From NCBI RefSeq assembly GCF_000981445.1, contig NW_012237371.1:1-44720 (forward strand): a stretch of 44,720 bases of DNA. The letters run 5' to 3'. A program made the position numbers and the translations under genes. Shown in pieces: positions 8,161 through 17,800 of this stretch. This DNA is from Babesia bigemina (lineage: Eukaryota). The number at the start of each line of letters is the position of its first letter. Position 1 is the first letter of the stretch. The notes beneath the pieces were generated by a model. That model did no database searches. It had not been told where the DNA came from and saw only the letters and a program-made list of their open reading frames with translations.

Positions 8161-11100
8161 TTATGGTTGCAGATAAAACACTCTGTTAAGCTTGTTAACA
8201 CGTCCAGCTGCGAGTAGTGATTGAGCAGCTATGCGATGTGATGAGGGACTATGCAAATGCGATTTGATGTGGAGCAGGTCTAGGCGGATGACCATGATGT
8301 GGATGAGGTAGAGGAAAGAGAGGAGCCAGAGGGCGACGGTGGTCCAGAAGAATTTACTGCGAATGTTCCACAAGAAAGTTGGAATGGTCTCGAATTTCAA
8401 CTTAGCAAGTACGTCATTCACTTTCTTATCGTCGCTGAGTACTCTGTTCAACGCTCTGCAGAAATCTTTGCACGTCCGCTTCTTATCATCGCCATACTCG
8501 CCGTATAGGGATTGAGGACTGTCAAATACGAAGCCATATCTGCAGAAAGTAGGAAGCGTTGACTTGCATGTTACAATGGTACTGCATTTGGAATGGTGGT
8601 ATGGGTTTTGCGATGAAGTTTTAGATTCCGACGTTGACTTGGTTGGACACCCAACCGCGCAGCTGGTGCGATTGCACTTGGAATGGTCCTGACCGCATTT
8701 GTTATTGCAATCATCATATAACATTTTTAGTAGATCATAAAATGTTTCCGTTAGATAAACTATCCACGATAAGTAGTTGCCGGCGTGTTTCTCGGAGAAG
8801 ACAGTCCATATATGTTGACCACAAGGCTGCAGGTACCGGCCGCAGTATGTGTCTTTAGCCATGCTTTGATCGCAGGCTACAAGACTAAACAGATCACCTT
8901 TAACATGGGTGTCACCATGTTTTGATTTATGGCTGATGCTTTTAAACATTGAGCTAACCTCCAACGGGTTATCGCTATTTTCGAAGTTGGCATCTTTGAC
9001 GGCTAGGCTATACGCAATCTCTCTCTGCTTTTCACGAACTCCATTGCCCGAATGCCACCCATTCAAGAAGTTATAATAAAACGCAAACATATCTCCCAGC
9101 GTCTGCGGCGGCCTGGTCAATAGACATGTCAACAGGCCACAGAGACGGCTGAGCGGAGCGTGCTCACTGCCACAGAATTCGCGGAGCACGTCCATGATAT
9201 GCCTACCCTGCTGCCTGCGCGAGGCCATGCCGCTGATGTCGTTGAAGCCCATGGGCGTGATGCATACCTTGCCGAAGTGACCGGGCGCAGTGCAGGTTGG
9301 CTTGCAGTTGGACTTGCTGTACGGGTGAGGGAGGAAGCCTGGTAGGCCGTCCTCAAGGAACGATTGAAGTGGCGATTTGACACCGCACTCAGCTGTTTGG
9401 TCACACCTTTGGTTGCACTTTTGGTTGTGCTCTTGGTCAGCCTTTTGCTCAGCACTTTGCCCAGGACACTGCAGGGTATTGCAGTTCCAAGCGGAGCCTC
9501 CGACTCCCTGACCATACCAGCAATCGTACCAGCCGCCCAGCTTGGTGGTGTACGAGCACTGTTTGAAGAGGAAAAACAGCTGATTATATACCCTGCTGAT
9601 CACCTCGAACAGTAAATCGAGACATTTGGATGGGTCACTTGGGTACGTTAATTTTGCCGAGTTGGTGTTGAACTCACACGCGTAGATGCCACCCGAGTGT
9701 CCGTGGCCCAGGAACGAGATGAGCGTTTCCTCCGCGTGGTGGCAGACATCGCGAAGGGAAGTCGATAGCAAATTAACATTTATAGGTGTAGGATACGCAT
9801 CCAAAGATCGTTCCTTCTCTACATCCACAGGTATACCGCCGTCAATACTTTTGGCGTCTGTTTCCTTCGGCTCTTCAAACAAAGCTTCAAAACCGTTGAG
9901 CGCGAGATCGGAGTAGACAGCATTAAACGGAAGGCCGCTTAGCCACTGGAGCATATCGGAGATGGTAGACGGATGCTTCGATGCGGTGAAAGTGGCGTAG
10001 TGGTTGACACCGTAATACTCATGAAGATGATCGTTGAGACACCCAATGAAGTCCATGATATTAAAGTTATGTTTCTTCTTTGGAGACCTGCATTGCGGGA
10101 CGTGTTCATGCTCCGAGATGTTTATGATTTTGGCGAGGATTGTATGGATGTGCTCTCCCTTCATCTTGGACGAATTCTGCAGCTCGCCATCTTGCAACGG
10201 AACATCGCTCGCAACACTGTAGCCACATGACTTCAGGAAAGGCCCGAGATTGTTTTTAGGATGCGAATTTATTTTAAGTTTATACCACCCCTCTCCCTGC
10301 TGACATTTTTCCTTCACCTTGCTAAGGTCGTTAAGCAACATCGGCAGGCAGGTCATAAAAACTTTAGCGCAGCGCGTAGCGTCGGCGGTTGGTTCTGTTT
10401 TTTGCTGCTTTGTCTCCTCCCAACTGATTCCCTTACTACCACAATACCTATTAACATACGCCTTTTCCATCTCCGCTACCAGCCCGTGCATCCCTGCCTT
10501 CAGCGCATCCAGGAGTTGCGGGTGGTGCGGGTTCGCGAAGAGAGCGGGGTTGAACGTGGACAGGGCGGAGGTCAGGCCGTGGAGGCGGGAGCGGAAACCG
10601 GAGTCAAAGGTGAAGGTGCGATTGTTCTCGTGGAGGTGGGTGAGGAGGGCGTAAGTGCGGGCTTGGAGGTCGGTGACCAGTTGGGAGGAGGGGGTGGTTT
10701 GGGAGGTGATGTAATAGAAAATTGATTGCACATATTCTCGGAGGTTTAGTGACAAGTTGGCGCAATTTACTGAGGCATCTTGGCTTATAGCGCTCATTAC
10801 GTCAACAAGCATATTACGCTGCGGGCCTTGACCGGTATGCCCGCCGCCGTATAGCTTAGTCATTAGGCCTTTGAGGCCGCTGTTCTTGTTGTCGTGAATT
10901 ATAGCGTCAATTTTCGATAGCTGAATGGTGACTAGGGTTTTAAAATTTCTAAGAGTAGGCTCCTTGGACAGCACGAATTGTTTCAGGGACTCTTTTCTGA
11001 TTTCCCGCAGTGCACGATTTGAAGATGTAACGTACGTGTTATGGAATGTGTCAACGGCTGCTTCGACGCGTCGAAATGTATCGACAACTGTTTGGGTAAG

Positions 11101-13404
11101 AGATTGCTGCAGTTTTGAGACGGCTTTCTGTGAGATGTCGTATACCTCGTAGAATGTATTTTGCGATGCTGCAATTTCCGTCGTCAAAGTTTCATTGCCG
11201 TTAGCCACTGTTAAAGTGATTTCATCTATAGTGTCTCTTAAGGTTGTCATGATATTGTCCGTCTGCGTTTTAATTATTGCAATGGTGCCGTTGTCTTTCG
11301 AAAAGTTGGTAAGGTTATCAAGCTCTCCGTCAATTTCAACGATTTTTTGGTCCATTGTCTGTCTCTCTGCTAATATTGGATCTAGCGCGATGACGCTTCG
11401 TTTTACAGTATCCAATGCATCATCAATTTTCTTCGCGGCACTTTCACTGCCATTAAATTTCGTGATGAATTCTTCGACAAGTTTTGTAGCACCGTCTATC
11501 TCTGTTGCTATGCTTGACTTTTTTGACTGACCAATCTTTGTGTCATCGACCATCCATACAAGTTCGGTGGCAGCTGTCTTCGCCTTAGCGGCAAGGCCTC
11601 CAAATATGTGCTTGACGGTATAGTGAAGAGCGCTTTTGTCATGGTCTGTACCACGACCTGTTTGCGTTAGGTTACCTTCCCTCGAAATAGATGAAATAAT
11701 CTCCGGCACTATGGTAGCCGTTTTTAAATCTTTGTTTTGAGTACTACCTGTCAGTTGTTCGGTCAAAGATAGCAGACATTTCCTAATTTTAGTCAAACAC
11801 GTCGAAACATTGTCGCCTTTCGATGCGTCGACTGCTGGCACTGTTTTAACAACTGCGTTAAGTTTAGGGTTAATAACTTTGCTAATATGTTCCGCAACCT
11901 TGGATTTTAATTCCTCTTGGTCCTGCTGCTTAAAATAATTTTTCTTGTTAGTATGAACGTAAGCGTCAATATACTGAGTCACAGCCTCGCTTTTCAAAAC
12001 AGAATTAAACCAGTCCTCCACAATTTTTTTCAACCCACTATCACCATCATCTAGTTTTTTAAATTGGGCGACATACGCCTCTGCTTTCTTCGCAATCTCT
12101 TTTAGGTTTCCATCACTGCCGTTGAGACCACTGACAAGCCCATTCAGTTCTCGAAAAAGACAGTTCCAATCGCTAACTATCCCTTTTCTCGTAGATCCGT
12201 CAATTACCTTATTTTTCAACTCTCTGAAGCTCCCCTGAGCCCGTTTGAGAAGAAGACTTAGTTCCTTTTTATTCCGCTGCAGCGCATCACAAAATTTGTT
12301 TGCTTCTTCTCTTAGAAATTCCAACTTCCGTAGGATATGATTTTTATAATTTTCATCGAACCTACTCAACAGTCCCGTATCACTTATTAAAAGATCATTA
12401 ATATCTTTGAAACACCTTGTCTTATTGTCCATAACGGTTTGCATTTTTTTGCCAATTCTGCTGAACTCATCTTCCAACTTTTTCTGTAGATTGGTAAATC
12501 CTGTGCTGATCGTTACGAGCACAGCATGTTTTTCCATCTCCAACTTACCTTTTAAACCATATGATTTATCACTCAATCCTTCGTTAACCATTTCATCTAG
12601 ATCGAAGAATTCCCTGTCTACCTTGCTTACTGCCTCCGCAAGCCCCTTGAGGTCCTCAATTGTCGAGTCCCTAAGATTCTTAGCAGCCTGCGAAACCAGT
12701 TCCACAGATGGCATTAATTGTTTCTCCACGTAATCATCAAGTCTACGAACATTCAATGCCGTTATGCTACAATACGTCGGGAGCTCTTTTACATCATCAA
12801 GCCAATCCTTAAGGACGCCTTGAGAATAAGCACTGTATTCCGAATTTTTCATAGGTTCAATTTTTGTTATTAAGCTTCCGATTTCAGTCGATATTTTATT
12901 CATTGATGTTTTTATTTCAGAATTCTTTCTTTCCACCTCCCTCTCATACCCCTCCAACCACGCCTTCACCTCCGCGACAGCCTCCAAAAGCCCAGTACGC
13001 CCGGAGCCAATTTTATCTTCTAATTTTGTAATAACTGTATTAATGTTATTATCTGTATTTTTATCATAAGTTGTCACTTCATTTTCGTTTTTCACCCCCT
13101 CAAGCACACCACTCAAAAATCCCATCACCCCGTCACACAGCCTATCCAGGTCAGAGTACACAATGCCACTGCCGTCGTAGCCCTTGGAAGCAGAGTTGAA
13201 GCCGAGGAATGTCTGAAGGCCGGAGCAGAGGTTGTTAAAGATGTTAGTAGGGTTGTTATTTGAGGTTATTTCGCACATTTTAATTTCACCAAATTTCTTG
13301 TCAAACTCCCTAGGCGGCACATGGTCAGGGCAGTGGCAAGCGGTGGAAGCAGGGAAGTGAAGGGCGACAAGGCACAAGTTATTGCTATGGTTAATAGAGG
13401 TCAT
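8161..13404 (-). CDS. Gene 2: VESA1-like variant surface antigen, tail type A
   Basis: 1747-aa ORF intact from leader ATG (MTSINHSNNLC); same conserved box, Cys-rich domain, TM and tail. Confidence 0.85.
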   Translation of the reverse strand: MTSINHSNNLCLVALHFPASTACHCPDHVPPREFDKKFGEIKMCEITSNNNPTNIFNNLCSGLQTFLGFNSASKGYDGSGIVYSDLDRLCDGVMGFLSGVLEGVKNENEVTTYDKNTDNNINTVITKLEDKIGSGRTGLLEAVAEVKAWLEGYEREVERKNSEIKTSMNKISTEIGSLITKIEPMKNSEYSAYSQGVLKDWLDDVKELPTYCSITALNVRRLDDYVEKQLMPSVELVSQAAKNLRDSTIEDLKGLAEAVSKVDREFFDLDEMVNEGLSDKSYGLKGKLEMEKHAVLVTISTGFTNLQKKLEDEFSRIGKKMQTVMDNKTRCFKDINDLLISDTGLLSRFDENYKNHILRKLEFLREEANKFCDALQRNKKELSLLLKRAQGSFRELKNKVIDGSTRKGIVSDWNCLFRELNGLVSGLNGSDGNLKEIAKKAEAYVAQFKKLDDGDSGLKKIVEDWFNSVLKSEAVTQYIDAYVHTNKKNYFKQQDQEELKSKVAEHISKVINPKLNAVVKTVPAVDASKGDNVSTCLTKIRKCLLSLTEQLTGSTQNKDLKTATIVPEIISSISREGNLTQTGRGTDHDKSALHYTVKHIFGGLAAKAKTAATELVWMVDDTKIGQSKKSSIATEIDGATKLVEEFITKFNGSESAAKKIDDALDTVKRSVIALDPILAERQTMDQKIVEIDGELDNLTNFSKDNGTIAIIKTQTDNIMTTLRDTIDEITLTVANGNETLTTEIAASQNTFYEVYDISQKAVSKLQQSLTQTVVDTFRRVEAAVDTFHNTYVTSSNRALREIRKESLKQFVLSKEPTLRNFKTLVTIQLSKIDAIIHDNKNSGLKGLMTKLYGGGHTGQGPQRNMLVDVMSAISQDASVNCANLSLNLREYVQSIFYYITSQTTPSSQLVTDLQARTYALLTHLHENNRTFTFDSGFRSRLHGLTSALSTFNPALFANPHHPQLLDALKAGMHGLVAEMEKAYVNRYCGSKGISWEETKQQKTEPTADATRCAKVFMTCLPMLLNDLSKVKEKCQQGEGWYKLKINSHPKNNLGPFLKSCGYSVASDVPLQDGELQNSSKMKGEHIHTILAKIINISEHEHVPQCRSPKKKHNFNIMDFIGCLNDHLHEYYGVNHYATFTASKHPSTISDMLQWLSGLPFNAVYSDLALNGFEALFEEPKETDAKSIDGGIPVDVEKERSLDAYPTPINVNLLSTSLRDVCHHAEETLISFLGHGHSGGIYACEFNTNSAKLTYPSDPSKCLDLLFEVISRVYNQLFFLFKQCSYTTKLGGWYDCWYGQGVGGSAWNCNTLQCPGQSAEQKADQEHNQKCNQRCDQTAECGVKSPLQSFLEDGLPGFLPHPYSKSNCKPTCTAPGHFGKVCITPMGFNDISGMASRRQQGRHIMDVLREFCGSEHAPLSRLCGLLTCLLTRPPQTLGDMFAFYYNFLNGWHSGNGVREKQREIAYSLAVKDANFENSDNPLEVSSMFKSISHKSKHGDTHVKGDLFSLVACDQSMAKDTYCGRYLQPCGQHIWTVFSEKHAGNYLSWIVYLTETFYDLLKMLYDDCNNKCGQDHSKCNRTSCAVGCPTKSTSESKTSSQNPYHHSKCSTIVTCKSTLPTFCRYGFVFDSPQSLYGEYGDDKKRTCKDFCRALNRVLSDDKKVNDVLAKLKFETIPTFLWNIRSKFFWTTVALWLLSFLYLIHIMVIRLDLLHIKSHLHSPSSHRIAAQSLLAAGRVNKLNRVFYLQP

Positions 13405-13431
13405 AGCGGTATTATGGCGAGGTAATTCGAG

Positions 13432-13972
13432 AAATGTAGAGTGGGTAAAGGAGCGATGTAGAGTGGATAGAGGAGCGATGTAGAGTGGATAAGGGAGCGA
13501 TGTAGAGTGGATAAGGGAGCGATGTGGAGTGGGTTAGGGAGCGATGTAGGGTGGATTAGGGAGCGATGTGGAGTGGATAAGGAGCGATGTAGAGTGGATA
13601 AAGGGGCGATGTAGAGTGGGTTAGGGAGCGATGTAGAGTGGTTTAAGGGGCGATGTGGAGTGGGTTAAGGGGCGATGTAGAGTGGATAGAGGGGCGATGT
13701 AGAGTGGATGAAGGAGCGATGTAGAGTGGGTAAAGGGGCGATGTAGAGTGGGTTAGGGAGCGATGTAGAGTGGATAAAGGAGCGATGTAGAGTGGGTTAG
13801 GGAGCGATGTAGAGTGGGTTAAGGAGCGATGTAGAGTGGACAAAGGGGCGATGTAGAGTGGGTTAAGGAGCGATGTAGAGTGGGTAAAGGGGCGATGTAG
13901 AGTGGGTTAAGGGGCGATGTAGGAAGGTAAAGGGGCGATGTAGAGTGGGTAAAGAGGTGATGTGGAGTGGAT
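13432..13972 (+). repeat. 22-bp minisatellite array upstream of gene 2 (~25 units)
   Basis: Same consensus. Confidence 0.97.
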
Positions 13973-13992
13973 GATAATCACCACTTAGGTCA

Positions 13993-14375
13993 CCATGTCA
14001 TCGCCGCCGTGTACATGTCATCGCCGCCGTGTACATGTCATCGCTGCCGTGTCTGCTGTCATCGCTGCCGTGTCTGCTGTAATCGCTGCCGTGACCAGTC
14101 ATCGCTGCCGTGACCATGTCATCGCTGCCGTGTCCATGTCATCGCTGCCGTGTCCATGTCGTCGCTGCCGTGTCCATGTCATCGCTGCCGTGTCCATGTC
14201 GTCGCTGCCGTGACCAAGACATCGCTGCCGTGACCATGTCATCGCTGCCGTGTCCATGTCATCGCTGCCGTGACCATGTCATCGCTGCCGTGACCATGTC
14301 ATCGCTGCCGTGACCATGTCATCGCTGCCGTGTTGATGTCATCGCTGCCGTGTCCATGTCATCGCTGCCGTGAAC
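13993..14375 (+). repeat. 20-bp minisatellite array
   Basis: Same consensus. Confidence 0.95.
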
Positions 14376-14380
14376 ATTAC

Positions 14381-14756
14381 TTGGTCAGGTGGTAGTTCAG
14401 CACTTTGGTCACTACTTTGGTCATGACATTGGTCACCACTTTGGTCAGCACATAGGTCACCACTTTGGTCAGCACCTTGGTCATGGCATTGGTCAACGCG
14501 TTGGTCAGCACCTTTGTCAGCGCCTTGGTCAGCACATAGGTCAGCACCTTGGTCAACACTTTGGTCAGCACCTTGGTCACCACGTTGGTCACCACGTTGG
14601 TCAGCACTTTGGTCAGCACATTGGTCAACACGTTGGTCAACACTTTGGTCAGCACATTGGTCACCACGTTGGTCAGCACTTTGGTCAACACTTTGGTCAC
14701 CACTTTGGTCACCACGTTGGTCAACACATTGGTCACCACATTGGTCAGCACATTAG
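14381..14756 (+). repeat. 12-bp minisatellite downstream of gene 3
   Basis: Same consensus. Confidence 0.95.
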
Positions 14757-14878
14757 TTAACTATTACACAATCACATACAACGATTAATGAGTGATACAA
14801 CAGATAAAATTACAATTCATTGGTTAGGTGAGTAGGTGATATGCTAGGTGAGTGTAGATAGTAGACACGTGAGTACGA

Positions 14879-17800
14879 TTACGGTTGCAGGTAAAACACC
14901 CTGCCCAGTTTGTTAACACGTGCAGCAGCAAGTAGTGATTGAGCAGAAATACGATGCGATGAGGGACTATGTAGATGCGATTTGATGTGGAGCAGGTCTA
15001 GGCGGATGACCATGATGTGGAGGAGGTACAGGAGAGAGAGGAGCCAGAGGGCTAGGACAAGGTAGGAGAATGGTTTACGTATTTCCCATAAGAAATTTGG
15101 AATTGTTCTGTATATCAAGGTTGCAAGCGGTGCTTCAGCTGATTCTTTCTTGTTGAGCACTCTCTCTAATGTTTTGCATAAGTCTCCACAAGTACGCTTT
15201 GTTTCAATATACTCCGCACCGCTCAGGTTCGTCAAGCTATTTAATACGAACCCGTACTTATACAATGTTGGTCGACTGAAAGGGCATCTAGCTATAGTTT
15301 TGCAGAGTTGGTCATGTTGTTTTTGGGTAGACAGTGCAACTGGTTTTGCAGTTTTTGCGGATTCCGTTGCTGATTCTTGTGCTTCATAATAGGACTTGAC
15401 ATGACAATTCTTCACACATCTAGTGTCGTGGCACCTGGTTCCCTTCTTGTTGCACTTCTCACAACATTCCTTGTATAGGTTCTCAAGATAACTGTAAAAC
15501 GTTTCCGTTAAATATATAATCCAAGATAGATATTTGTCTGCATTTTGGCTTGAGAAGACATGCCACGTCTTCAAGCCAATCGGTGCCATATAGCGACCGC
15601 ACGTGATTTGTACCTCCCCTTCATAATCACAACTGTAGAGACAATATAAATCACCTTTAGTATGGGTAGATTCCTGATTCCGCATATGATGGCTGTTCTC
15701 GAACAATGGAGCGATCTCCAACGTTTTACTGTAATCCCCGAAATTAGCTTTCCTAACAGCGTCAATAAATGCGTTACTTTTGTGCAATGGAGCATTCTTT
15801 CCCCAGCCATTAACGAAGCAGAAATAGAACGCAAACATGTCACCGAGATTTTGCGGAGGCTGCTGCAAAAGACATGCTAAGTCGCCACAAAGCTTGTTAA
15901 GTGGACTGTCGGACTCTCCACAAAACCCTTCAAGAGCACGCATGAGGTGTTCACCTTTACGTGTATGCGAGGCGGTAACGCTTATGTCTTTAAAGCCCAT
16001 CGGTGTTTTGCACGGTAATCCGCGGTGATTGGACACGGTGCATTCTAGCTTGCATCCCGGTTTGGTGAAGGAGTGAGGGAGGAAACCTTGCAAACCATCT
16101 TCTAGGAATGATTGCAACGGTGACTTAAGGCCACAGTTGGGGTGCTGGTCACACGTTTGCTTAGCGATTTGGTCACGCTTTTGGTCGGCCTTTTGGTCAG
16201 CTATTTGGGGACAGTTTTGGTTGGCACATTGCTTCTCGTTGCAGGTCCATGATGACCCGGCTATTCCCCTACCGTACCAACAATCACGCCAACTGTTAGC
16301 TTCGTAGGTACGCTGACACTGGATGAATAGGAAAAACAATTGGTCATACAATCTCTTCAGTATATCTACTAACATATCGAAGCACGCACCTGGAGCTGCA
16401 GGATACGAGAAACCGTCTGGGTTCGTATTGAAGTCGACGGCATAGATGCCTTCCGCGTGGCCATAACCAAGAATTCCTATTAGCACGTCTTCGGCGTCGA
16501 CGCAGACATTTTGAAGAGCACCTCGTATGTTTGCAGCTGTAACTGGAGCTGGATACGCAGGCAGCTGTTCGTCGTCGTCTACCACAGAGATACCGACAGT
16601 GTCGTCGTTCTTTTCTTCCTCCGGCTTCTCAAACAGTTGACCAATATCGCCAACTGATACTTTTGCGAACACGGTATTATGAGGAAGGCCAGTCAACCAG
16701 CGAAGCATATCGTACACGGACGATGGCGATTTCGGTCTCTCGATATGGCGCAAGTGGGAAACGCTGTAGTAGTTTTCAAGGCAGTCATACAGGAAATGGA
16801 GGATGTCGAGGAGACTCATTTTGGTTACATCACTAGTAGCAATGTACCATTCTTTGTTTTTCTCAGTTAACCATTGCTGCAGATGCGCAATCTGGAAAAT
16901 GCTGAACTTTTTGTCATTGATCTTCCTATATATGTCTGTTCCCGTACACTCCTGCTTATTACTCAACTCACTCTCATGGGAGTCACGCAACTTGGGAACC
17001 TTGTAGCCATGACTGCTAAAGAAATCGGCAATAATACTGTTATATTTATTGTACGCTGAGTGAATTGGTTTAAATTGTGCCTGTTTACATGTCTCACTCA
17101 ATGACATCAGATCATTAAGCAAAATACCGAGTATCGTCAAAAACACCTTGGCGCCATTTTTTCCTTCAGGCGTCAAAACTTCTTTTTCACCTTTCGAAAC
17201 CCACTGTTTAATACTTTCACCTCCATCATACCTACTCACATACCCCTTCTCCAACTCCTCCACGAATCCCAGCATCCCATCCCGCAGCGCCTTGAGCACG
17301 GGCCGTCCTGCGTCCGGCAGCGCTTGGGGGTCGAGGGAGGAGGAAAGGTGATTACATAACTTACTAAATTTGTCATCGAATACGCAATTTCGTTTCTTAT
17401 CATGAAGACAAAGATGCTGCAGCAAGTCATCAAATTTGTCTTTAATATTTTTCACATGTACGGATTGCTGGGTGTCCTCCTTAGGCATGTGCGGCGTTTT
17501 TGCTTGATACTCAACATACATTGCAATAGCGTCAACATAATCTTTGAACCTCCAGGACAAGTTAGGAAGTTTTTCTGAGGTTACCAGGTCCGTGTGATTT
17601 TTTAGCTTCAACAACATATCTCCATCGTCCTTGAGCATCAGCTTCAGCAGACCTTTAACACCGGTGTTCAAATCGTCATTTATGATTTTATTAATGACGG
17701 AAATAGGTTCATTAACTAGTGCGCCTAGTGCATTCAAATGAGCTCTGTGATTATCAGCGAAAAGTATTTGCATCTCATCGCTGACTTTGTTGAATGCTTG

